IMG/VR virus record: IMGVR_UViG_3300020042_007694
Location: 1 to 50,351 of that record
DNA: 50,351 bases
Source: a virus
Lineage: Duplodnaviria > Caudoviricetes
Strand: one strand, 5' to 3'
The notes under the pieces are model-generated. The model was not told where the DNA came from. It searched no databases and was given only the letters and a program-made list of their open reading frames with translations. The translations under genes and the position numbers were made by a program. This document shows, piece by piece, positions 9,247-18,527 of this stretch; position 1 is the stretch's first letter, and every line of letters starts with the position of its first letter.

Positions 9247-11015
9247 CAACCGAGATTGGTTATTGAATAATTGATTGTGCCCGAAATCGTATTGGTTGAA
9301 GAATAGGAAATCCGCACATTGGCGCCGTCAGCAGCAGCAGTTAACGTGACTCCTGTAGCACCGTTTTCTACATATTCATCAGTGTATGAGAATCCCGTGC
9401 CAAGTGCAGCTTGTCCTTTGACAGCCGACAATGTACCAGATCGTCGATACACATCACGAATGATGGTATAGTCCATTTTAAAACTACTGATATATGTTCC
9501 GCTGACATAGGCCAGGTTGGCTGAAGAATTATTAGCAATGATGTCTTGTATGCCTGCGGTACGCTGATATGTGCCCACTGCCAACTGATTGGCCATGGTG
9601 AAATTTGCCGCATTACTTTGATAGAATTCGATGTTACTGACATTCATGCCCAGGGCAACGCCATTGAGATTGTTTAGTTTGATTCTTGGATGCAGGCCAT
9701 CGGAGTACTGAGTGGTTCTTTCAAACATGTCGCCCACACTGACATTGTTGTTACCATCAATATCAATCACTGGGGTAACAGGCGATGCAGCACCTTGGAA
9801 CCAGTTACCCACATCATAAAACGTATTGTAGGCAGTGGCATTGAGACTAACATTCACAATACTGATGCCTTCAGCGTATACATTGTCAAAGGTATTTTGC
9901 ACAATTCGTACACCAGTTGGCCCCACGGCTGGCGCCACAGTGTTGCCAAGATACACACCCTGAAACAAGGTATCAAACATGCTGTTACTGATGGTGCAGC
10001 CTTCAATCTGTTCATCTGTATTGGTGCCCCAGACCATGCCTGAGAATTCACAGTTGTTCCAAACTACATTTTTACAAATATAACTTCCAGTACTGTTCCA
10101 GGCCACACACGAAGTATCAAATGTTCCAGTAGTTAATGTAGACGTGGTACCTGAGCCGGCAACGGAAACATTATTAAATGAACAATTATTTGCTGCTTCT
10201 ACTAAAATTCCGTTTTGTTCTGTTTGAGTAGTAGTAAACTTTATTCCAGAAATTTCAACGGAGCCTGGCGGCAGGGCGCTGTTGGATCCAATGTTTAAGC
10301 CAGTTTGTTGTAGACTGTCTGTTGTTCTTGCAATATATTCTGGTAAAGCTTCTGTAAGCCAGTATGTGGCAGATCCAATGGCGGTGCCAATGGGCACCGC
10401 AGCCAGGCTTCTGTAATATACAGAAGTACCAGTGTCATACACAAGTACACCTGATGCATACGCAATGGTGTTGGTCCAAGTCTGAGGTTTAAAATTGATA
10501 ATTGTTGACTCTGCACCTTCGCCGTATAATTTGCAGAAAGGCGGAATCAACAAGGTGTCTGTGATAATGTATTCGCCGCCAGGAAAAAATATGCTGCGGC
10601 GAATTTGCGGATTCACTTCACGACAAAACATTTCATAAAATGCGCGATTGATATCTGCGGTGACATCAGTGGTTCCGTCGCCGGTGGCACCAAAGTCAGT
10701 GATTACTGCGTAACTGTCCAGTCTTGACTGTAGGCTTTGACTCTCAGGTGTTCCTGTGGTTCCACCTGTTTGCACAGCATATCCTGCTGCACTGCCCGCA
10801 TATGTGTATTCAGTAGCATAGCTAAGAATATCACTAAATTCAGTCAGTACTTCAGTGTTGCCAATGACCGGAGCGCCTTCAGCAATTGTGCCATTACCAA
10901 TATAGAGTTTACGATCATCAATTGCCCACCCTAGTTCAGCAGCAGCCAGTGGCTGTGGTAGGTCAGTTGCAAGACCTTTTCTTTGAGTTATTCTGGAGAT
11001 TTGTAAAATTGCCAC
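9246..11015 (-). CDS. virion protein with Mtd-N-like N-terminus and pectate-lyase-like beta-helix (tailspike-like)
   Basis: RKG...LAAAELGWAIDDRKLYIGNG; DFGATGDGTTDVT and IFFPGGEY beta-helix entry motifs; GTG start after a TAAATA motif. Confidence 0.75.
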   Translation of the reverse strand: MAILQISRITQRKGLATDLPQPLAAAELGWAIDDRKLYIGNGTIAEGAPVIGNTEVLTEFSDILSYATEYTYAGSAAGYAVQTGGTTGTPESQSLQSRLDSYAVITDFGATGDGTTDVTADINRAFYEMFCREVNPQIRRSIFFPGGEYIITDTLLIPPFCKLYGEGAESTIINFKPQTWTNTIAYASGVLVYDTGTSVYYRSLAAVPIGTAIGSATYWLTEALPEYIARTTDSLQQTGLNIGSNSALPPGSVEISGIKFTTTQTEQNGILVEAANNCSFNNVSVAGSGTTSTLTTGTFDTSCVAWNSTGSYICKNVVWNNCEFSGMVWGTNTDEQIEGCTISNSMFDTLFQGVYLGNTVAPAVGPTGVRIVQNTFDNVYAEGISIVNVSLNATAYNTFYDVGNWFQGAASPVTPVIDIDGNNNVSVGDMFERTTQYSDGLHPRIKLNNLNGVALGMNVSNIEFYQSNAANFTMANQLAVGTYQRTAGIQDIIANNSSANLAYVSGTYISSFKMDYTIIRDVYRRSGTLSAVKGQAALGTGFSYTDEYVENGATGVTLTAAADGANVRISYSSTNTISGTINYSITNLG

Positions 11016-11042
11016 GATGATAGTCCTTGAAGTGTCACATAT

Positions 11043-11753
11043 TTAGCGTGTGGCGTAGTACAGCTCAACTCGCTTCATCCACTCATTGGTCCAGTGTGCA
11101 AATTCATTGCCTTCAATCACGTACTCTGTGTATATAGGTTTGGCCAAGCCGCCGTCAGCCAGCACGTCAGGCTGTTGAGCCATTAAAATAACACCGCAGT
11201 CAATGGTGGTACCGTGAGTTTCGTTATGTGCTGCTGCATACGCTGCCAACTGCACAAAATAATCATCAATCCATTCACGTTTTTTGGGCTTGTTGGTCTG
11301 CTTGAAATCCATGATAGCAGGCCGATTTTTCCACACACCCAAGCAGTCTGTGGTACCAGCATATAACCCACTATAATAAACAGGAACTTCTGCGCCCCAA
11401 AATTCATTCACATGACACAATCCTTGAAGGATAACTTCTGCGGCCATGAACCAGCTGGGATGCGCAAACGGATTACCGGGCAAGGGCTTCATGTCGTCAT
11501 TCAGCATGTAGTGCTCAAGATAGCTGTGCATGCGTGTGCCACGGTTGGCTGCTTCTGTGGTAATTTCTTGTGCTTTTTGCTCACCTACTCGTTTGCGCCA
11601 GTTGGCCAGCACTTGTCGCTTTTCTTCACTCTTGGTTCGATCCAGGATTGTGGTTACACTGGGTACCTTGGTTCCGTCGGGCAAACAGTAGTGTCGTTTG
11701 CCGTCTATGGTTTCTCTGTTGATGGGGGTGTAATTGTATCTGTTGACTATCAT
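11043..11753 (-). CDS. PD-(D/E)XK exonuclease (phage exonuclease, MGME1-like)
   Basis: PSVTTIL, RGTRMH, YAGTTDC, IMDFKQT, QLAAYA. Confidence 0.85.
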   Translation of the reverse strand: MIVNRYNYTPINRETIDGKRHYCLPDGTKVPSVTTILDRTKSEEKRQVLANWRKRVGEQKAQEITTEAANRGTRMHSYLEHYMLNDDMKPLPGNPFAHPSWFMAAEVILQGLCHVNEFWGAEVPVYYSGLYAGTTDCLGVWKNRPAIMDFKQTNKPKKREWIDDYFVQLAAYAAAHNETHGTTIDCGVILMAQQPDVLADGGLAKPIYTEYVIEGNEFAHWTNEWMKRVELYYATR

Positions 11754-12077
11754 TTAAACTCTAAAACTTTCTCCACAACCACAGCGGTCGCGTTCGTTGG
11801 GATTTGAAAAATCAAAACCTTCATTAAGACCCTGGCGAACATAATCCACCATCATACCATCAAGATATACTTCGTGTTTTTTGTCCACCAGCACAGAAAA
11901 ATCTGGTTGAGCATAATTTATGGTGCTGTTGTCGCCGGCGTGCTCATCAACATATTCCAACACATAAGCCAGTCCCGAGCACCCAGTAGTTTTTACTGCC
12001 AGGCGTATGCCTATACCACCGCGCTTTTCTAACAATTTTTTGATCTTGTTTCGGGCAGTGTCAGTGAACGAGATCAT
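11754..12077 (-). CDS. iscA: A-type Fe-S carrier protein
   Basis: TTGCSGLAY, FSNPN, CGCGESF. Confidence 0.95.
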   Translation of the reverse strand: MISFTDTARNKIKKLLEKRGGIGIRLAVKTTGCSGLAYVLEYVDEHAGDNSTINYAQPDFSVLVDKKHEVYLDGMMVDYVRQGLNEGFDFSNPNERDRCGCGESFRV

Positions 12078-12447
12078 GTTTGATCCTGTAGTCAGCTACC
12101 GCTGCCTTGATGGCATCTTCTGCAAGTATTGAACAATGAATTTTAACAGGGGGAAGGGCAAGCTCAGTAGCAATTTCGCTATTTTTGATCGTTTCCGCCT
12201 GCTCAAGGGTACGTCCTTTGACCCACTCAGTAACAAGCGAACTTGACGCAATCGCGCTGCCGCAACCGTATGTTTTAAATCTTGCATCTGTGATTATTCC
12301 ATCAATGACCTTGATTTGCAGCTTCATCACATCGCCGCAGGCGGGCGCGCCCACCATGCCGGTGCCTACCGTGTCGTCGCCTTTGTCAAAGCTGCCCACG
12401 TTACGGGGGTTTTCGTAGTGGTCCACCACTTTGTCTGAATAAGCCAT
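12061..12447 (-). CDS. iscU: Fe-S cluster scaffold protein
   Basis: DHYENPRNVG, APACGDVM, GCGSAIASS, LPPVKIHCS. Confidence 0.97.
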   Translation of the reverse strand: MAYSDKVVDHYENPRNVGSFDKGDDTVGTGMVGAPACGDVMKLQIKVIDGIITDARFKTYGCGSAIASSSLVTEWVKGRTLEQAETIKNSEIATELALPPVKIHCSILAEDAIKAAVADYRIKHDLVH

Positions 12448-12464
12448 ACTGGTTCCTTATGTTA

Positions 12465-12493
12465 AGTATACTGCCAATGAGCTGACTAGTCAA
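12465..12493 (-). promoter_or_regulatory. sigma70 promoter for iscU-iscA-exonuclease
   Basis: TTGACT-17 bp-TATACT. Confidence 0.7.
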
Positions 12494-12502
12494 CCAGTTT
12501 GA

Positions 12503-12844
12503 TTACATTGGACGTTTCATTGCTGATTTGGCAGCAGCAGCAACAATGTCTTGTGCTGCATTAACTGGCATTGCAGTTGGACCAATTTCAGCGCCTTTGA
12601 AAGTGATCACGCCTGAATTGGGATCCAGGGGTTCTATCAAGTTGCTTAATGGAGCCTGATCAATTAGACTGCCCAAATTTTGAGCATTGATATTGATGTC
12701 TAGGCTTTGCGCCAGACTGATAAATGCTGCTTGGCTAATTTGTTTTTGTGCATTAGTGTCGGTGGCACGACCGTTTAGAAAAGACACCAGACCCGTTAGT
12801 GCGCTGGGATCTGTGGTAGATGAAGCAACTTCATCTATGCGCAT
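12503..12844 (-). CDS. hypothetical, probable head-associated protein
   Basis: MRIDEV N-terminus; lies in a late-promoter operon. Confidence 0.6.
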   Translation of the reverse strand: MRIDEVASSTTDPSALTGLVSFLNGRATDTNAQKQISQAAFISLAQSLDININAQNLGSLIDQAPLSNLIEPLDPNSGVITFKGAEIGPTAMPVNAAQDIVAAAAKSAMKRPM

Positions 12845-13755
12845 TATCTACGTGCTCGTCCAAGTGCCGCAGCAGGAGGTTCAGCACCCATGTCAGCAGC
12901 GGCCATATCGGCGGCGGCATCGGCATCGGCACCTAGATCGTCAGCGGCGGCCATGTCGGCATCTGCCGCACCTATGTCAGCACCAGCCATGGCAGCATCA
13001 GCTGCTCCAGGAATAGCACCACCAGGGGCAGCCTGACCAGTTACCACATTCAATGCAGTATCCAATTGTTGCTTGGCGCCTTGCAAGTTGCCAACCAGGC
13101 CGCTGAGTGCAGCAGTGGCATCTGTGTTGAATTGTTGAGCTTGTTCTATGCCTACTTGATTCTTGATTGAATCAACCAGAGCTGGCAGTTCTTTGAATTG
13201 CAATTCTGTGACATCTTCCAACATACCTTGCATTTTGTCTACCATGTCTTGCGCAGCCAGAACCACTTGAGCCTGTTGAACTTCGCTTTCGTTTAGACGT
13301 TTCATTGCACGGCGCAAACGGCTTTCGGCGGCCATCATGGCAGCGCCAGCCACAAGTTTTTGTTCTTCGGGGTTGAGTGTTTGTCCAGCAGCAGATTTTT
13401 TAATTGCAGCGGCAACCTTGGGATCCTTGGCAGCGGTGCCAGGTGCTGCAGGTTTGGGCTGTGCAGAAGCACCAGCAACAGGTGCAGCCGGTGCGATTGG
13501 CAAGTTGTCTTCCTGCAAGCGGCTAGTCAGAGCCTGCTCCATCATTACCAATTGCAAGTATTTTGGGTCACGTTCGCTGGTGTGGCGAGCAGCGGTGGCA
13601 CGATGTTCACCCAACACTCCGCGCACACGGGTAAGCATTTGTGTGGTTTGGCCACGAGTAAGTTGGTCAAAACTAATACGTGAACCAAAGTAACTTTCGA
13701 ATACTTTGGCTATTTGTTTTGATGGCTTAGGTGCCGATAGTTCTGTCAGTTTCAT
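12844..13755 (-). CDS. probable prohead core/internal head protein
   Basis: MKLTEL start, LQE and LNE sites, coiled-coil segment, Ala/Asp low-complexity tail, TAAATA upstream. Confidence 0.55.
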   Translation of the reverse strand: MKLTELSAPKPSKQIAKVFESYFGSRISFDQLTRGQTTQMLTRVRGVLGEHRATAARHTSERDPKYLQLVMMEQALTSRLQEDNLPIAPAAPVAGASAQPKPAAPGTAAKDPKVAAAIKKSAAGQTLNPEEQKLVAGAAMMAAESRLRRAMKRLNESEVQQAQVVLAAQDMVDKMQGMLEDVTELQFKELPALVDSIKNQVGIEQAQQFNTDATAALSGLVGNLQGAKQQLDTALNVVTGQAAPGGAIPGAADAAMAGADIGAADADMAAADDLGADADAAADMAAADMGAEPPAAALGRARR

Positions 13756-14209
13756 TGTTGAATCCTCTAATCTGTATGTATTTAGCCTGGTTTACACATT
13801 TCTCCAGTTCAGTACTTACCAAATTGTACTGGGCTATTTTTGGCTGAATTTTTGTAGTTGTAATTTCGTAGAAATCTTCGCTACGACTTTGCCGGGCCAC
13901 ACTACTACGGCAGTATATGTCAGCAGCCAGTGTTTGTTTTTTACGGTCTAAAATCATGATCATGTTGGTTAGCCCGTACTGATGTTGTATGTCTGCTGTA
14001 CACCAGCTCATGGCCACACGTTTGTTGCTGAAACAGCTTATTTCGCGGTCCCAGGAGTAAACTCTAGCGCAGTCTGACTCAGTCACAATACGGTACTTGC
14101 CAAACACAATCACAGCACCGTCATCATCAGTTACTATGATTTGGTTGATATGATGTTTGAGTTCACGTGCAGCCCAACGATCAAGTTTTTGCTGTTGTTT
14201 TTGTATCAT
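13727..14209 (-). CDS. hypothetical protein
   Basis: ATG at 14209 overlaps the upstream stop (ATGA). Confidence 0.65.
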   Translation of the reverse strand: MIQKQQQKLDRWAARELKHHINQIIVTDDDGAVIVFGKYRIVTESDCARVYSWDREISCFSNKRVAMSWCTADIQHQYGLTNMIMILDRKKQTLAADIYCRSSVARQSRSEDFYEITTTKIQPKIAQYNLVSTELEKCVNQAKYIQIRGFNNETDRTIGT

Positions 14210-14469
14210 AGCGTCCGTATGTAATGTGTTGCCAACCAACCTATAGTGGCCAATAACACACCAATAATTCCTATGCCCCAGCTCAACAGTTGGTCAGTTC
14301 TTTTTTGAGTAGCTTTTTCCATCATGCTGTGGAGTACGGTCATGCTATCGGCTACTTTACCAATTTTTTCTTCTAGAGAGTCCAGTTTGAGTTCCAGTAA
14401 CTTGTAGCGCTCTGCGCACAGTTCAACGTGGGCTTCCAGGCTCTTTTTTTCAATTTCAGTAGTGTCCAT
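14206..14469 (-). CDS. small coiled-coil protein with C-terminal transmembrane helix (holin/XhlA-like architecture)
   Basis: Heptad-like central region followed by LLSWGIGIIGVLLATIGWLAT. Confidence 0.55.
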   Translation of the reverse strand: MDTTEIEKKSLEAHVELCAERYKLLELKLDSLEEKIGKVADSMTVLHSMMEKATQKRTDQLLSWGIGIIGVLLATIGWLATHYIRTL

Positions 14470-14475
14470 TAATCA

Positions 14476-14907
14476 TTACTCCATTGATGTATTTACCGCA
14501 GAGAACCAAATGTTCTGGTCTGTGCCTGACGTAGCAATTGTGGGAGCCAGGGCAGGTTGCTCGGTAAGATTCAGCATCATAGGCACGCCTTCACAATCGC
14601 TCTTGAGTCCTGCCAAGGAATCTGGATTGTTGTACATTTCAAACACACCAGGAGATTCTGATCTAAACTCAAACTCCCAAACACCGTCCTGATGTTGGGG
14701 TATGGTGATATCTTGAGGCTGTGTACGTAGGCCAATGATCTGCAACAGAGTTTCCCAGTTGCGTTGTTGGTTGCGACTGTGATTCCAGTCTGCTTGATTG
14801 TGTACCATTTGCCCCACACGATCACGGAATGGTATTTCACTGGAACGAAAATGCCCAGTGACTCCGGTCTGACTGCAATCAAAAAGTGTGCGGCATGTTA
14901 TCTTCAT
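14476..14907 (-). CDS. hypothetical protein
   Basis: ATG at 14907 just after a TAAATA motif. Confidence 0.65.
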   Translation of the reverse strand: MKITCRTLFDCSQTGVTGHFRSSEIPFRDRVGQMVHNQADWNHSRNQQRNWETLLQIIGLRTQPQDITIPQHQDGVWEFEFRSESPGVFEMYNNPDSLAGLKSDCEGVPMMLNLTEQPALAPTIATSGTDQNIWFSAVNTSME

Positions 14908-14926
14908 TCTAGGAGTATTTAATGCC

Positions 14927-14960
14927 AAAAAGAAACCCTGGATTTTTTACGTCCAGGGCT
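14927..14960 (-). terminator. Rho-independent terminator
   Basis: CCCTGGA-CGTAAAAAA-TCCAGGG followed by TTTCTTTTT. Confidence 0.8.
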
Positions 14961-14978
14961 GCTGTGGGTCTAAACTGA

Positions 14979-15386
14979 TTACAGGTTAGTGAAGCTAGCT
15001 GTAGCACTCACGTTGGCAGTTGGAATGCCAATGTTCAGGCCGCCTGTGGCGTTGGCTACTTGAGCCGCTGTAACTAGAGTAGTTGTGGTGTACGCACCAC
15101 TTGGGTAGATAGCCAAACTGATTGTACCAGCTGTTGCGCCAGCTTGGTAAAGTGCAATGGTACCAAGTTGTTGAATTGAAGTCAACACGCTGTTCAAGTA
15201 ACCGTTAACGTTACCAGCATTGGTAAGTGCGGCGTTAGCTGTCAATGTGAAGAAGTCAAGTTTTGGACCTTGAATCTGAACTGGACCTTGAGCGGCTACG
15301 TTGGCTGTTCCTAGGATGGAACCGTTTGCAACGTCGATTGCGAATGACGGTTGTGTAGTACCGTTTACTTTTGTAAATACTGCCAT
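14979..15386 (-). CDS. probable abundant virion structural protein
   Basis: Ala/Thr/Gly/Asn-rich with few charged residues; own TAAATA motif, AAGGAAA RBS and terminator. Confidence 0.6.
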   Translation of the reverse strand: MAVFTKVNGTTQPSFAIDVANGSILGTANVAAQGPVQIQGPKLDFFTLTANAALTNAGNVNGYLNSVLTSIQQLGTIALYQAGATAGTISLAIYPSGAYTTTTLVTAAQVANATGGLNIGIPTANVSATASFTNL

Positions 15387-15450
15387 GATAAATTTCCTTT
15401 AAGTTAGTGGGACACATGATCCCTGCTTTTATTTAGTCAGTTTGGAAAAA

Positions 15451-17331
15451 TCACGCTTCTTGAGGGTTGTTTCTTTGACGATTTTGAGCAGCAAAAGCAT
15501 TGGGATCAAAGCGATTCACAGCCTTGGCATAGCCTGCAGGGGTGGCCATGACCCAGCCTTCTTGTCCTGGATGCTGAGAATCAGCCTGTTTCAGAATGTT
15601 CATTTTGAGATCATGCAACAGAATAAATGCAGTAAAAGCTGCGGCCAGGGCTGCGGTATTTGAGCTGGGACTCTGCAGATATTCCACAATGTTACGGAAC
15701 TTTTGCGGGGTTACCTTGGTCTGTAACCAGTCGCCAAATTCTGGCAACAGCGTAGCACCGTTGAGTGGGCTACCAACCTTGGTGTTGATAAAGTCCACAC
15801 ACAATTTGGCAAGATCTGTAATCTTGTGTGTTCGTAGTTCAGCCGGATTAAACAAGGTGTTGATAGCAGCGCCGTCTGTGCGCACCAGACTACGCAGTTG
15901 TTTTTCCAGATTGTTGTCTGTGGCTATTGTGCCGGGTGTGGCAGGTCGTTCCAGCATCAGGCCCGGTACAGGATTAAACGTCACACCTTTGAGTGGCTGA
16001 CGTGCATCGCCTACATCCGCATACATTGAGTGTATGGCAATACCAATTGTGCTAGCACCAATACGTTGACCCAGAGAACTTTGAGCAGGAATCTTGTATT
16101 CAATTGTGTTGGGGCGGAACACATAGTTGCCTGCAATTTCAGGAGGAGTGTTCATGTACAACAAGTCGCCCTTGACATAGCCACGGAAGTTGGCAGGTAG
16201 GGCAGATTCCAGTACTGGGAATAACTGTGCATACAAGTTGATCAATTCCGTTCGATCTCCGGCTCGCTTGCTTTGTATATCAGCCATCATTCTGGGACTG
16301 GTGGCAAGTCCATCATAGCCCTTGGCTTCAAAGCCCGAGCCATCTGTGAGCACAAATTCGCCTGTGGCGGGTTTGCGACCAAATATCACAGCAGGTTTAC
16401 CATCCCACTTGGCAGTGACAGTTTTAGGAGATTCTGTGGCATGTTTTACAATTTCCAGAGCATCAACAATGCCTTGAGTACCACGGCGGAACACTAGATC
16501 TTCCAGATGTTCAATACCCTTGGCTCTGCCACCAACACCAGCTTGTTCAGCTTCCACAAGAGCAACATAGCCACGATTTACAATTCTATCACGCAAACGT
16601 GCCAGGAAGTGTGTGTCACTTTCGGCCACAGATGTAGGTTCTTGTAGGCCTTCACGGTCTAGATATTCACGAAAGTCTGCGAGCTTGGCATCACGCTTGG
16701 GATCAGTTGCCAGCGCAGCATAAATTGATTCCACATTTTTTAGATTGTCACGAGTGGCACCGCGTCCTAACAACACACTGGCCACATAGTCAGGATCCAG
16801 GCCGCCTTGCACCAGTTGATTTGTGGCTCGGCTGAACATGCCGTTGGCACCAACTTTGAGTCCAGCCTGTTTGGCAATGCTGCTCATCAACACGTTACGA
16901 TTCATGCCCTTGTAGGCCGACCCTTCTGAACCGCCATAGTAGAATGTGCCCCAATCTAGGTTGGGAAAGAACATGAAGTCAGTTTGCACAAATCCTTTTT
17001 TGGAGTCGCCGCGGATGGGAGTTTTGAAATGCACTTCCCCTGCTTTGCGCACCCAATCACGTGGGTCAAGTCCTTGACTGGTGGCCCATTGTGTCAGCAC
17101 TGCTGCTAGTTGTTCTTTGGTTGTTTCTCCAAGGTCTACGGCCAAGTCCAGGTCGCCGGATGTGGGCTTGCGGCCAGTGCTGCCCAGCCAACGATCTTCA
17201 GGGAATTCAATACCTGTCACCTGCTCAATCCAGGCAATGGTAGCAGGGACGTCAGCTTGATTGATGCGTTGTGTCAGTGGCTGACCTTGAGCATCTTTGA
17301 ATACATTGCCGCCTTCTTGGAGATATATCAT
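15451..17331 (-). CDS. two-domain protein: Pol-beta-type nucleotidyltransferase plus KxDG ligase-like domain
   Basis: N-terminal LGSTGRKPTSGDLDLAVD and VQTDFM; C-terminal IEHLEDL, TAKWDGKPA, VKGDLL, QEGWV, AKAV. Confidence 0.7.
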   Translation of the reverse strand: MIYLQEGGNVFKDAQGQPLTQRINQADVPATIAWIEQVTGIEFPEDRWLGSTGRKPTSGDLDLAVDLGETTKEQLAAVLTQWATSQGLDPRDWVRKAGEVHFKTPIRGDSKKGFVQTDFMFFPNLDWGTFYYGGSEGSAYKGMNRNVLMSSIAKQAGLKVGANGMFSRATNQLVQGGLDPDYVASVLLGRGATRDNLKNVESIYAALATDPKRDAKLADFREYLDREGLQEPTSVAESDTHFLARLRDRIVNRGYVALVEAEQAGVGGRAKGIEHLEDLVFRRGTQGIVDALEIVKHATESPKTVTAKWDGKPAVIFGRKPATGEFVLTDGSGFEAKGYDGLATSPRMMADIQSKRAGDRTELINLYAQLFPVLESALPANFRGYVKGDLLYMNTPPEIAGNYVFRPNTIEYKIPAQSSLGQRIGASTIGIAIHSMYADVGDARQPLKGVTFNPVPGLMLERPATPGTIATDNNLEKQLRSLVRTDGAAINTLFNPAELRTHKITDLAKLCVDFINTKVGSPLNGATLLPEFGDWLQTKVTPQKFRNIVEYLQSPSSNTAALAAAFTAFILLHDLKMNILKQADSQHPGQEGWVMATPAGYAKAVNRFDPNAFAAQNRQRNNPQEA

Positions 17332-18224
17332 GCTCGTAATCCAAATATCTCTTTGAAGGCTGTATCATTTGTAGCATCTTGTGCTGACGCTATCAGTGAC
17401 GCAAGCTCTGTATCAGTTAATTTTGCCTGTTGTCCAAATTGCTTAATCAAAGGCGAATCTGTTGACGCCGGTATTTTTTTATCAAGAATTGCTGTTGCAA
17501 CTCGATCACCACCAGGTTTGCCAATGAGTTGTCTAATTTTCATTATATCTCCATCGTCTAATTTTATCCGGTCGGCCAATTTCTTGGCCGCTGTGGACAT
17601 TCTTATTGCACTACTAGTAGAATTGCTATCAAATGACTGTATACCTTGTGCCGGGGCAATACCATCTCTTGTGAGCTGTGTCCAGGCCTCTTTTGGATTG
17701 ACCCGGGGATCCAGTGTGGCATTGAATATGGTGTTGATGGCCTGATCAATGTCCTCGATTGCTTGCATGGCCGTGGCCTTGGTTGTTTGTCCTTCGGGGG
17801 TGGTAGTATCGCCTATATTATCGGCTAGTCGAGTGTAATCAAGTGAACCTCGCGGTTCAATGGCTCTGTTGACCATGTTCACCAGCGCAGCCTTGAGGCG
17901 AGCCTGTTCACCCGAAGTCAGTTGGGCAGCACTGGTGGGAGGAGCCTGTGTTGCAGGATCTATACTTTGTGCCATGGCTGTTTGTACTGCGTTTGCCCAG
18001 TCTTTCATCATGATTGGCATCAGTGTGGCTGCTATTTTTTGCCCTGCTGCCAGGGCTTGCGCTCTATTTGTAGTAGGGCCAGTAAGATCAGGTCCGGGTA
18101 CATTTGTGGCAGCAGGTCCTTGTATGCCAACCTTGCCCAGTGCTGACTGCAGGCCAGAAGCTAGCCCGGCAGCAAAGCCCTCTTGTGTTACTTTTCTAGG
18201 TCGAGTTAATTCATGAATCTGCAT
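17328..18224 (-). CDS. hypothetical, probable internal head protein
   Basis: ATG at 18224 (MQIHEL) after AGGAAAA; TQEG site. Confidence 0.6.
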   Translation of the reverse strand: MQIHELTRPRKVTQEGFAAGLASGLQSALGKVGIQGPAATNVPGPDLTGPTTNRAQALAAGQKIAATLMPIMMKDWANAVQTAMAQSIDPATQAPPTSAAQLTSGEQARLKAALVNMVNRAIEPRGSLDYTRLADNIGDTTTPEGQTTKATAMQAIEDIDQAINTIFNATLDPRVNPKEAWTQLTRDGIAPAQGIQSFDSNSTSSAIRMSTAAKKLADRIKLDDGDIMKIRQLIGKPGGDRVATAILDKKIPASTDSPLIKQFGQQAKLTDTELASLIASAQDATNDTAFKEIFGLRA

Positions 18225-18459
18225 GTGTTTTCCTAACTGATCTGGAAAACTTTCCAGCATCTTTTGTTCGTATAGCGTTGAACAATTTTCTTGTGAGATT
18301 GTCGGCTTGGTCAGCACCAAACTCTGTTTCTATTTGCTCAATTAATCGTATGGCACTGGCAATGATACTGTCGGCTCGAGTTTCAATGATCAAACGGCGA
18401 TCACGTTCTACATACAACGTGTCCAGTTCTTCCAGTATTGATCGGGTCTTTTTTTGCAT
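18211..18459 (-). CDS. hypothetical protein
   Basis: 82-aa ORF directly after a TAAATA motif. Confidence 0.7.
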   Translation of the reverse strand: MQKKTRSILEELDTLYVERDRRLIIETRADSIIASAIRLIEQIETEFGADQADNLTRKLFNAIRTKDAGKFSRSVRKTHADS

Positions 18460-18477
18460 GTTTGCGGGCCTTTGGAT

Positions 18478-18508
18478 TATTTAGCGATTTCTATTAGACA
18501 ATAAATAT
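18478..18508. promoter_or_regulatory. divergent pair of late-promoter motifs
   Basis: CTAAATA on minus and ATAAATA on plus within a 68-bp gap between divergent genes. Confidence 0.6.
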
Positions 18509-18527
18509 CTACAACAAGGAATACCAC

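Noticed and set aside
9246-11015. Diversity-generating retroelement, suggested by the Mtd-N-like N-terminus
   Set aside because: No reverse transcriptase and no TR/VR repeat pair are visible in the window.
11043-11753. Cas4 / CRISPR-associated nuclease
   Set aside because: It lacks the Cas4 four-Cys Fe-S motif and there is no array; it fits a stand-alone phage exonuclease.
12860-13030. GCGGCATCG-type repeats, plus PAA repeats near 47910-47945 and Pro repeats near 38877-38910
   Set aside because: All are explained by low-complexity protein linkers within coding genes.
15451-17331. CBASS CD-NTase defence operon
   Set aside because: No Cap effector or ancillary genes are adjacent; the context is late structural genes.
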